Below, in pieces: positions 39,287 to 46,902 of a DNA stretch of 64,000 bases. Position 1 is the stretch's first letter; each line of letters opens with the position of its first letter. The translations under genes and the position numbers were made by a program. Origin of the DNA: a virus (lineage: Duplodnaviria > Caudoviricetes); the IMG/VR virus record IMGVR_UViG_2706796752_000001, positions 64,001 through 128,000 of that record. One strand, 5' to 3'. The notes below the pieces were generated by a model. The model had not been told where the DNA came from, ran no database searches, and saw only the letters and a program-made list of their open reading frames with translations.

Positions 39287-39525
39287 AAACAGGTTGGGAC
39301 CAGAATAATCAACTCCGTGAATTGCTGGAAACCCCTAACGTAAAGCCGAGGGCAATCAGCCGCCAAGGCACACAGGAATGTGTGCAAGGTTCAGAGACTA
39401 GGGTATGGAGTCCAGAACGGACGGTAAAACCCCACGAGCGCGGAGCACCACAAGGTGAAGATATAGTCCAAACTATATGGAAACATGTAGAGGTGAGGAT
39501 AAAGAGCCTCATGTTAATACAAAAG
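39287..39525 (+). ncRNA. group I intron (IA2-like, 239 nt, no homing endonuclease) in DNA polymerase
   Basis: 5' exon ends in U (CCT) and the intron ends in G; IGS CAGGTTGGGACC pairs with both exons; P AATTGCTGGAAA, Q AATCAGC, R GTTCAGAGACTA, S AAGATATAGTCC; splicing restores SSAGP-NLQNLPRK in frame. Confidence 0.95.
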
Positions 39526-40515
39526 AACCTGCAAAACCTACCTCGTAAGTCCGGTGATATTACTCGATTCGATTATATCAACCCGATTAAACGAGAGTTC
39601 GTTACATCATTCGATGGCGGAGCATTAATCCAGCTCGATTACAGTGCCTTAGAGTCTCGTATTCTAGCGTTAGATTCTGGTGACTATGAAATGATTAAGT
39701 CGTTCATTGAAGGTGCTGATATTCATAAAGAGACAGCGGCATTAACATTTAAAAAGCTTATCGATGAAATCACAGATGATGAACGTACAAAAGCAAAAGC
39801 CGTATCGTTCGGTGTAGTATATGGTGAGGTACCGATGTCCTTCGCGCCGAAGTGGGACATGACATTAGAAGAAGCAGAGCAGCTATTTAAAGACTTCTTC
39901 GCAGGGAAACCAACTGTAGAAGCGTACATTGAAGGTAACAAGCAGTTTGTACGTGACCATGGATATATCGAAACGAAACAAGGATTTACTCGTAACCTTC
40001 GAGATATATTCTCTAAAGATAAAGGTAAACAGAACGAGGCACTTCGTCAATCGAACAATACACGTGTACAGGGTACTGGTGCATTCTTAACAAACTCTTC
40101 AGTTATCCTAATCAACAAGATTATCGAGAAGCTAAACTTACGTTCTCGTATCGTTATGACAGTACATGATAGTATCGTAATCGATTGCCCACCAGAAGAG
40201 ATTAAACAAATGGCTAAGATTGGTGTTCACGTAATGGAAAACTTACCTATCGACTGGTTATACATCGATTGGGAAGGGAAACGTACTAGATTCCCAGTAA
40301 CAGCTGATGCAGAGATTGGTATCACTTACAATGACATGGTAGATTACGATGCAGAAGACCTATCTACTTTCGCTACAGTTAAAGGCTACTGTGACTATCA
40401 CATGAAAAAGAAACACTTGAAAAACTGTAAGAACTGTGGTAAGTTAACAGAAGAGAAGTATGAAGAGTTTATTAATCTTATGGAGGCGAATAAAGATGCA
40501 TACAGAAAACGTTAA
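39526..40515 (+). CDS. family A DNA polymerase, exon 2
   Basis: NLQNLP, motif A DYSALESR, motif B RTKAKAVSFGVVYG, motif C VHDS. Spliced product is 1033 aa. Confidence 0.93.
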   Translation, partial: NLQNLPRKSGDITRFDYINPIKREFVTSFDGGALIQLDYSALESRILALDSGDYEMIKSFIEGADIHKETAALTFKKLIDEITDDERTKAKAVSFGVVYGEVPMSFAPKWDMTLEEAEQLFKDFFAGKPTVEAYIEGNKQFVRDHGYIETKQGFTRNLRDIFSKDKGKQNEALRQSNNTRVQGTGAFLTNSSVILINKIIEKLNLRSRIVMTVHDSIVIDCPPEEIKQMAKIGVHVMENLPIDWLYIDWEGKRTRFPVTADAEIGITYNDMVDYDAEDLSTFATVKGYCDYHMKKKHLKNCKNCGKLTEEKYEEFINLMEANKDAYRKR

Positions 40516-40693
40516 TCACTTGAGAAACTTAACAGAGTACGCACAACAATTGTTAACGAACAATGTACAAGAGATGGATTGGGAATACTTAGCACGTCTT
40601 ACCTCTCTATCTAAGAAGTTAACGGAACAGTTAGAGACAGAACTAGCAATACGAATGAAGGAAGGAGCGTGGGGAAACAGATGGGTAAGATAG
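40496..40693 (+). CDS. small helical-hairpin protein
   Basis: RBS GGAGG before ATG 40496. Confidence 0.6.
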   Translation: MHTENVNHLRNLTEYAQQLLTNNVQEMDWEYLARLTSLSKKLTEQLETELAIRMKEGAWGNRWVR

Positions 40694-40833
40694 AGGAACT
40701 TATTAAATTATTAGGACAGACTAAGAAATTAGACATATACCAAGCGGACTGGGATGACTTACTAGACCTAGACCACTTATTAAGACGGTTAGTCGAAATG
40801 ACAGAGGGAGAGATAGAGGTTAGAATGGGATGA
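40681..40833 (+). CDS. small hypothetical protein (50 aa, not in the ORF track)
   Basis: MGKIEELIKLLGQTKKLDIYQADWDD...; overlaps both neighbours. Confidence 0.55.
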   Translation: MGKIEELIKLLGQTKKLDIYQADWDDLLDLDHLLRRLVEMTEGEIEVRMG

Positions 40834-41036
40834 AAATCATTGATTTTATCAAGCGTCAATTTTGTAAGCATACACATACTACCGAAACATCGCGTACAAT
40901 CCACTCCGAGCGTGTTGGGGATGATAATCGCGTGTATCATTTAGTAGGTACGACATGTAAGAATTGTAACGCAACAGAGTATCACGGAGAAACAGTTAAA
41001 TGGGAATATGGCTACTACGTAGAAGAAGAGAAATAA
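40830..41036 (+). CDS. small hypothetical protein (FCKH...CKNC)
   Basis: ATGA overlap; RBS GAGG. Confidence 0.6.
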   Translation: MKIIDFIKRQFCKHTHTTETSRTIHSERVGDDNRVYHLVGTTCKNCNATEYHGETVKWEYGYYVEEEK

Positions 41037-41082
41037 TCTCTTCTTTTTTTTTATTGACAAACTATTAATAGTGTGATAGAAT
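41022..41082 (+). promoter_or_regulatory. terminator plus sigmaA promoter
   Basis: AAGAAGAGA-aataa-TCTCTTCTT plus T tract; TTGACA(41054)-N17-TAGAAT. Confidence 0.85.
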
Positions 41083-41112
41083 CGTATTATATCAAACAAG
41101 GAGGAGATTTAC

Positions 41113-41475
41113 ATGGCATTATCATTAACTTTCACAGACCACTTAGGGTGTAAGTTTGAATTAGAGGATGGGGCGCACGATTTATACGCATCGTTGCTAA
41201 TGACAGATACATCAGATGGAGAATCAGCAAATGTTATGTTGAACGAGCAGCGTGTACACATGATTATTTCTACGTTACTTCAATCGCGATGGGGTAAGAC
41301 ATATACCGTACCTAATCTATATGATTATACGCTAGAAGAGTTAGAGGACTTTATTGAGAAACAAAAGCAACACAAAATTGAAGAAGCTAAGAAGAAGCTA
41401 GACATCGCGTTAAAAGATGCATATGAAGCTGGCGTAGACTACGAAGATATCTTAGATGCGGCGAAGAACTTCTGA
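41113..41475 (+). CDS. hypothetical protein
   Basis: RBS AAGGAGG. Confidence 0.65.
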   Translation: MALSLTFTDHLGCKFELEDGAHDLYASLLMTDTSDGESANVMLNEQRVHMIISTLLQSRWGKTYTVPNLYDYTLEELEDFIEKQKQHKIEEAKKKLDIALKDAYEAGVDYEDILDAAKNF

Positions 41476-42128
41476 TGAACAAGAAGATAGCGTACGTATC
41501 TAAAATCCGAAGACCTCTAACATCAACCGTAACATTCTTAGCTACAGATACATTTACAGGTAAACAATATATCAAGACATATCCACTAACAGAAATAATC
41601 ATGATGGAGGGTTACTATCATATTATCGGGGATATGACAGGAAGTAACGATAGAAGCAAATTCGTGTTACGTGTGCTACCTAACCAAACTAAACTACCAT
41701 TCTATGTTTATGACCCTTATGAAAATGAGATTACACTGCATGATAGTGCAGCAGTGTTCGCAGATGATAATCGATTATCCCGTAACTCTGTAAGTAAGGT
41801 GTTAAACAAGGAGTGGGAACAGATAATGGGTTGGAGAATGTGGTACGTAGGCGATACACCTCCAGCATATATGATAAAAGGTGTAGAAAAAGGAGGAGAA
41901 GTCCACAAAGCGGATACATGGGCAGAGCTAGCAGTCAAGATTGATGTATCAAAACAAGCGCTATCTAACGGATATCGAGAAGGTAGACGTGTTATGGGAT
42001 GGGATGTTTTCTATGAGACTAGGGATTTAGCTAAAATGGCAGCTTGTTTCGAAGTATCACAAGAGTTTCAAGAAAGTGTTGACATTATCCAGAATCCATG
42101 TTATAGTGAGGAGGTAGAACATGCGTAA
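41475..42128 (+). CDS. protein with two NUMOD1/IENR1-like HTH DNA-binding repeats
   Basis: FYVYD...HDSAAVFADDNRLSRNSVSKVLNK...MGWRMWY and ...DTWAELAVKIDVSKQALSNGYREG..VMGWDVFY. Confidence 0.65.
   Translation: MNKKIAYVSKIRRPLTSTVTFLATDTFTGKQYIKTYPLTEIIMMEGYYHIIGDMTGSNDRSKFVLRVLPNQTKLPFYVYDPYENEITLHDSAAVFADDNRLSRNSVSKVLNKEWEQIMGWRMWYVGDTPPAYMIKGVEKGGEVHKADTWAELAVKIDVSKQALSNGYREGRRVMGWDVFYETRDLAKMAACFEVSQEFQESVDIIQNPCYSEEVEHA
42079..42107 (+). promoter_or_regulatory. sigmaA promoter embedded in the 3' end of the upstream CDS
   Basis: TTGACA-N17-TATAGT with TG. Confidence 0.75.
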
Positions 42129-42381
42129 ACAGATTGATTGTTTTGACATAGATGGTACGGACAAGGCTTACGTAGCTGTATCCGGTTATGTTGAAGAACG
42201 TAAGGATAAAACGCTTGAGGCTAGCATAGAACTAGACATAACCGATTACATTTACGAGAGCGGTCTCATCTATCTACATCCATCTAATGCTAGAGAGATG
42301 GGAAGGAAATTGATAGAATTAGCAAATAAAACGGAGGAGGAGTTTATTAAATGCCAACTTGTAGACAAGAAACAACGTTGA
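42121..42381 (+). CDS. hypothetical protein
   Basis: RBS GAGGAGG. Confidence 0.65.
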   Translation: MRKQIDCFDIDGTDKAYVAVSGYVEERKDKTLEASIELDITDYIYESGLIYLHPSNAREMGRKLIELANKTEEEFIKCQLVDKKQR

Positions 42382-42644
42382 CAATGTTACGACATGCACA
42401 AGACGATGAGCCTACATGGATTATTCATCAAGCTAATGGTAACGAGGTTGACCGAGGAACAGGTGAGTTTATCTTCAAACGAGGACGAACTTACACGTTA
42501 GATGGGACAAGGTATATCGTATCCGACATCGGACATGGTAGAGAAGGGTTGATGAACATATGTAAAGTCCATTTCTCTACATTCCTTGATAGAGTCCATG
42601 GTGGCGAGATTACCGAACTATTAAAATCGGATAGGAGTGTGTAG
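42351..42644 (+). CDS. hypothetical protein (paralog of 42646)
   Basis: RBS GGAGGAGGAG. Confidence 0.6.
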   Translation: MPTCRQETTLTMLRHAQDDEPTWIIHQANGNEVDRGTGEFIFKRGRTYTLDGTRYIVSDIGHGREGLMNICKVHFSTFLDRVHGGEITELLKSDRSV

Positions 42645-42645
42645 C

Positions 42646-42951
42646 ATGCATATGGATAAAGAAAGACGGTTAACGATAACGGAGGTTAGACTTAAAGGAG
42701 ATGAGTATAACTACTCTTGGGTTTTACGAGGGGATGAAGGTATCATAAAGTATGGACATACTACAGATAAATCCCATGAAGACCTTAGAAAGGGTAAATT
42801 AGTTAACATTGACGGTGTTATGTACATCGTTACTAGGGCTACAGCTGAGGTGCTAGATTCAAGTATAATCAAGACCGAGTTATTCTTCTTAGAAGTTGAT
42901 GATGACCAATGGGTTATTAAATTCGAAGATAAAGTGAAAGGTGGAAGATAA
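42646..42951 (+). CDS. hypothetical protein (paralog of 42351)
   Basis: RBS AGGAG. Confidence 0.6.
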   Translation: MHMDKERRLTITEVRLKGDEYNYSWVLRGDEGIIKYGHTTDKSHEDLRKGKLVNIDGVMYIVTRATAEVLDSSIIKTELFFLEVDDDQWVIKFEDKVKGGR

Positions 42952-42952
42952 T

Positions 42953-43228
42953 ATGAAAGCTATTTATATTGGAGAAGAAGAGTTTTACTATGAAGGTGGA
43001 AAGAAGGTCTTTCAATTTAAGAAGAATCACATCTATCAATCTATTAAGCGATGTCACACAGAGTGGGCTAACTTAACGGAAGAAGAGTTCTTAAAAATAA
43101 TGAACGAAACTGATGTGGATGATGAGTACGAAGAAAGCACAGAAGGGTATCTTATCTTCATCGATGAAGAAGGACGACCTGTAGTAGTAGATAACGGTTA
43201 CTGGCAGAAAGTATTCTATATTTTATAA
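42953..43228 (+). CDS. hypothetical protein
   Basis: MKAIYIGE..., similar to the N-terminus of the ORF at 43396. Confidence 0.6.
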   Translation: MKAIYIGEEEFYYEGGKKVFQFKKNHIYQSIKRCHTEWANLTEEEFLKIMNETDVDDEYEESTEGYLIFIDEEGRPVVVDNGYWQKVFYIL

Positions 43229-43240
43229 GGGGGAGTTAAC

Positions 43241-43402
43241 ATGTACGGTCACATTTGCGACGAGTGTATGTACAAGCATAAAGATATTGTAGATAAGAAG
43301 ATTAGTAAAGGTGTGTTCCTTCTACTATTACCCGTAACACCGGAGGACTGTGACCTTTGGTACATGCATAACGATGAGGAAACGGAGGAGGAAGAATGCT
43401 AA
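43241..43402 (+). CDS. small hypothetical protein (53 aa, not in the ORF track)
   Basis: RBS AAGGGGGAG; MYGHICDECMYKH... Confidence 0.55.
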   Translation: MYGHICDECMYKHKDIVDKKISKGVFLLLLPVTPEDCDLWYMHNDEETEEEEC

Positions 43403-44007
43403 AGTACATCGGAGAGACTAACGAACACTTTATCAAAGGTAAGTTATATGAGGAGGTTCTACTAGCTAAGTCACATTGGGCTAATGTACTACTAAAAGAT
43501 ATCGCGAAGAAACTAGACACCGATATAACAGAAGCGCACAGAGCTAGAACCATAATCTCAGAGACTGGTGAACATGTATTAATGACTGTAGAACAAGCAT
43601 TAGAGAAGTTTGTTATTATGCAAAAACCTACGCTAAAACTAAGAACTAGATTAAGAGATAACTTGGAACAGACAGGTGAGATTTATCGTGAACAACGAAG
43701 AATCTTGCAGGACCTGTTAGAGAACCATGTGGTTTACACGAATCTAACATTCTGGTATGGTTACGAGGATGAAAGGAACGGTGGGTTTGATACAAAGGTA
43801 GAAGCTATCGTAGAGGAAGATAGTGAATCGTTCCGTATTGAGTTCTATGACAGAAAATCAATACGAGTAAAGTACTGGGTTTATGTCGAAGACTTCTTAG
43901 ATAAGTTCGACTTTGTACCACTAAAGGAAGGGAACGGTCCTCTAAAAGACAGCTTAGATTACAGTTTATTACAAGACTACGTAGAACCAGAGGAGGATTT
44001 CGAGTGA
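43396..44007 (+). CDS. hypothetical protein
   Basis: RBS GGAGGAGG. Confidence 0.65.
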   Translation: MLKYIGETNEHFIKGKLYEEVLLAKSHWANVLLKDIAKKLDTDITEAHRARTIISETGEHVLMTVEQALEKFVIMQKPTLKLRTRLRDNLEQTGEIYREQRRILQDLLENHVVYTNLTFWYGYEDERNGGFDTKVEAIVEEDSESFRIEFYDRKSIRVKYWVYVEDFLDKFDFVPLKEGNGPLKDSLDYSLLQDYVEPEEDFE

Positions 44008-44495
44008 ACATTCCAGTAGACTTCCTCGACTTCGATGAGATTACTATCAAAGACACAAATGGGTTAGTAGAATCATTCGATTTACGAGAAGAGTTAAAAA
44101 TTAACCCTGTCAACTTGCAGGAGGAAATGTTAGAACAACCTGTTAAATACGTCTATTGGTCCGCACTGCATGAGAAAGTACGATACCTACTAGAACGCCA
44201 AGAACTTAAGTTAGAACAGATTGTAGCCACGCTAGACGCCGCAGCGAGAGCGGAGATTAAGTCTAAAGGAGAGAAACCTACAAAAGATGCTGTAGATGCG
44301 TACGTAAAGACTAGAACAGAGTATGACCAGCAGCGTAAACGTGTAATCGAATTTGAACAGATTCTAGGTCGTACATCTCGTATCGTAAAGGCATTCGAGC
44401 AGCGCAGTAACATGCTGCAATCTATCGGTAAGCAGTTAGCTAACGAAGGTCAATACGGTCATAAAGCAGGGAGTGTGTTCACTCATGGCAATTAA
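44004..44495 (+). CDS. UvsY-like recombination mediator
   Basis: ELKINPVNLQEEMLEQP..YVYW coiled coil, KPTKDAVDAYV, KAFEQRSNMLQS; lies upstream of the SSB and RecA genes. Confidence 0.7.
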   Translation: MNIPVDFLDFDEITIKDTNGLVESFDLREELKINPVNLQEEMLEQPVKYVYWSALHEKVRYLLERQELKLEQIVATLDAAARAEIKSKGEKPTKDAVDAYVKTRTEYDQQRKRVIEFEQILGRTSRIVKAFEQRSNMLQSIGKQLANEGQYGHKAGSVFTHGN

Positions 44496-44697
44496 AGAGA
44501 AAATGACGTCTGAGCAAAAGGTGTACTTCTATTATGGGTACGCCTACCGCTTAGCGCAGGAGGCAAAGCAGGACGGATGCTTCCCAGATATGACAGACAT
44601 GCAGCTATGTGAAATGTTTTTAGAAGAGTTAGTGATTCCTAAATTGGAGGCGAAACAGAAGTATGAGCACTTACGACGGAGCGTATTCAACCAATAG
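44485..44697 (+). CDS. hypothetical protein
   Basis: RBS GGGAG. Confidence 0.55.
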   Translation: MAIKEKMTSEQKVYFYYGYAYRLAQEAKQDGCFPDMTDMQLCEMFLEELVIPKLEAKQKYEHLRRSVFNQ

Positions 44698-44893
44698 AGG
44701 GACGATATATAAAGGTGGGTGGAACGATGTATGTATATGTGAAGATGGGGAATTATCTTCTAACTGCACGAAGTGTACGCACAACATGGACGGTACGAAG
44801 AAGCCCGACAGCGTTATAAATGACCTTAGAAAAGCTAGAGAGATTCTAGAAAGTAATAGAATACAAAAGGAACTATCTTTACTAGATAACTAA
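44663..44893 (+). CDS. hypothetical Cys-containing protein
   Basis: RBS GGAGG; CICE...CTKC. Confidence 0.55.
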   Translation: MSTYDGAYSTNRGTIYKGGWNDVCICEDGELSSNCTKCTHNMDGTKKPDSVINDLRKAREILESNRIQKELSLLDN

Positions 44894-44908
44894 TAGGAGG
44901 GTTTTATT

Positions 44909-45310
44909 ATGAAAAAGAAGATTATTGCAGGTTTAGTAGCATTAATGGCTTTAACAGGATTAGTAGCGTGCTCAAATGAGGCGGATACTGTTTCTAGAAA
45001 TCTATCAGAATCAGCAGATAACTTCGAGGTACAACGTCGAGTAGTGTTCTTTAACGGTATTACAGATAAGTATCTGTTATCTATTGAAGGTCTATGCGCT
45101 ATGGACGCTTCAGATGCTAAGAAAGTTACTGTGACATGTAAGACGAAAGACAACACGTATAAGAAGCACTATCTAGGTCTTAGCGATAATGTAAGTTACT
45201 TCATCGAACAAACAGATGCTAAGTATGAAGATGCGTATCATTATAAAGTTGTATTCCGTCCAGAAGAGATTATCCCAGATATCAAGATTCGTACTAGTGG
45301 TGATAAGTAA
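44909..45310 (+). CDS. conserved phage lipoprotein
   Basis: Signal peptide with lipobox LVAC; EADTVSRNLSESADNFEVQRRVVFFNGITDKY. Confidence 0.8.
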   Translation: MKKKIIAGLVALMALTGLVACSNEADTVSRNLSESADNFEVQRRVVFFNGITDKYLLSIEGLCAMDASDAKKVTVTCKTKDNTYKKHYLGLSDNVSYFIEQTDAKYEDAYHYKVVFRPEEIIPDIKIRTSGDK

Positions 45311-45453
45311 TGAGTACGAAAATTAAGACAGAAGAGTGCGCTACTTGCGGAGGTAGCGGCTTTTCTGGTTATGGGACAGGCTATGATGCAGTATGTGACA
45401 ATTGTGGAGGGGCAGGTGAATTACCGTGTTATCCGAAATCCAAAGAATGCTAG
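45310..45453 (+). CDS. 47-aa zinc-finger microprotein with two CxxCxGxG repeats (not in the ORF track)
   Basis: MSTKIKTEECATCGGSGFSGYGTGYDAVCDNCGGAGELPC; TAATG coupling. Confidence 0.7.
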   Translation: MSTKIKTEECATCGGSGFSGYGTGYDAVCDNCGGAGELPCYPKSKEC

Positions 45454-45596
45454 ATATGTATGATGCAGACGAGTATACACGTGAGGAGGTAATAGAGTGT
45501 ATTATCGATAAAGTAGTAGACTATGCGCTATCTGATGAAGGTGCAGAATGGGCATTAGAGTATTTAGAAAGTAAATTAAAAAATACCACAATGTAG
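45447..45596 (+). CDS. small acidic protein (49 aa, not in the ORF track)
   Basis: MLDMYDADEYTREEVIECIIDKVVDYALSDEG... Confidence 0.45.
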   Translation: MLDMYDADEYTREEVIECIIDKVVDYALSDEGAEWALEYLESKLKNTTM

Positions 45597-45770
45597 TTAC
45601 CTTTTTACTAGATTAATGGTATATAGAAATAGTAAGAAGGGATTCTTACAAACTACTAAAAGGAGGGTAGAGGTACACAGAGAGACGGAAAAGGTAGCTA
45701 AACCCTTTTAAACAGCTGTCCCAAAGAGGACGTAAAAAACCAAAATTATAAAACAAGGGAGAAATGAATA

Positions 45771-46844
45771 ATGGTAAACTTTGCAGATATTATTGAACAA
45801 CAACGTAAGGAATTAGAAGGTTCTGGAGGCGGACGTGGAGGTTCTGGTAACAGCGGTAACAATCCTAAGGTTGTTTATCCTACAGCTAAACATAAACGTC
45901 TATTCTTAAGTAAGGAAGAACCGGAAGTATTCATTCAAATCTTACCATCGGCTGATTTATTTGGTAAGTTTGCAGAACACTGCCGTAAAATCTTCTTATC
46001 GGCAACAACTAAGAACCAAAAGAAACTATCTAATACTTTCACTTTAACAGGCAAGAAAGATGGTAGCCTATTCTTAGATGCTAAGATTGATGAATGGACA
46101 GCGAAAGAAATGATTCCTACTCCATTCGGCGGACAACAAAAACCTAAACAATTCTTCACGATTAACTGTGTTAAAATCATTGAAAATCCAGATGGTACTC
46201 AGTTCCAAGAACGTGATGAGAAAGGTAAATTAGTTGTTCGATTATTCGATGTGCCTCACTCAGCTATGAAAACTATCAATGCAGCGTTAACTGATAAGCG
46301 TTTAGCTGGCGGTCGTCAGTTATCATTCTTAGACCCTAACGCAGGTTCACCAGTCTTAATCCAGAAACCTAAACAAGGTCAAATGGAAGCCCCTGTTACA
46401 GTTTACCAAAACCAGCTACCTCCGCTAGGAGAAGGATGGCAGAATGAACTGGAAGATTTATCATTCCACGGTCGTGCAACTGAGTTATTAGAAAATGGGT
46501 TAAACTGGGTACAACGATTTGCGGATGTTATGGAAGGGAAAAATAGTAACGACCCTGATTCAAACGTAACTAAAGAAGGTGGTCAATCAGCACCTGCTAC
46601 TACTAACCAACCAGTAACACCAACAAACACTGCACCAGCTACAAATCCTTACACAACTCAAGCAGCAACTACACAAACTCAACCTGTTAAAGCAGCTCCA
46701 GCAGCTCCTGCTAAAACAGAAGAAGTTAAAGTAGACGACCTAGAAGGCGTTGACTTAGATACACCTCTTGGTGATACAGAGATTGACTTAGGTGATTTAG
46801 ATGCTGTCGACATCGACGCGCTAATCAATGAGGCAGGACTGTAA
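45771..46844 (+). CDS. single-stranded DNA-binding protein (gp32-like role)
   Basis: Directly upstream of the RecA-like gene; IQILPS motif, Pro/Thr/Ala linker and a highly acidic C-terminal tail. Confidence 0.75.
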   Translation: MVNFADIIEQQRKELEGSGGGRGGSGNSGNNPKVVYPTAKHKRLFLSKEEPEVFIQILPSADLFGKFAEHCRKIFLSATTKNQKKLSNTFTLTGKKDGSLFLDAKIDEWTAKEMIPTPFGGQQKPKQFFTINCVKIIENPDGTQFQERDEKGKLVVRLFDVPHSAMKTINAALTDKRLAGGRQLSFLDPNAGSPVLIQKPKQGQMEAPVTVYQNQLPPLGEGWQNELEDLSFHGRATELLENGLNWVQRFADVMEGKNSNDPDSNVTKEGGQSAPATTNQPVTPTNTAPATNPYTTQAATTQTQPVKAAPAAPAKTEEVKVDDLEGVDLDTPLGDTEIDLGDLDAVDIDALINEAGL

Positions 46845-46873
46845 GAGTAGGGTAACACCTACTCTCCTCTTTT
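46844..46873 (+). terminator. hairpin after the SSB gene
   Basis: AGAGTAGG-gtaaca-CCTACTCT followed by a pyrimidine tract. Confidence 0.6.
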
Positions 46874-46902
46874 GAGGAAATACAACACTAGGAGGAAATT
46901 AA

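Noticed and set aside
39322-39525. N-terminal 68 codons of ORF 39322..40515 as an intron-encoded protein
   Set aside because: They are read-through of the ribozyme core, with no RBS or endonuclease motif. The true exon starts at 39526.
45689-45720. Resemblance to a preQ1-I riboswitch (AAAGG..TAGCTAAAC.CCTTT)
   Set aside because: It lacks the UUC loop residues and the long A-rich tail, and the downstream gene is SSB, not a queuosine gene. Kept only as a generic pseudoknot.
46570-46830. Tandem repeat in the SSB 3' region
   Set aside because: Low-complexity Pro/Thr/Ala linker and acidic tail, not a discrete DNA repeat array.
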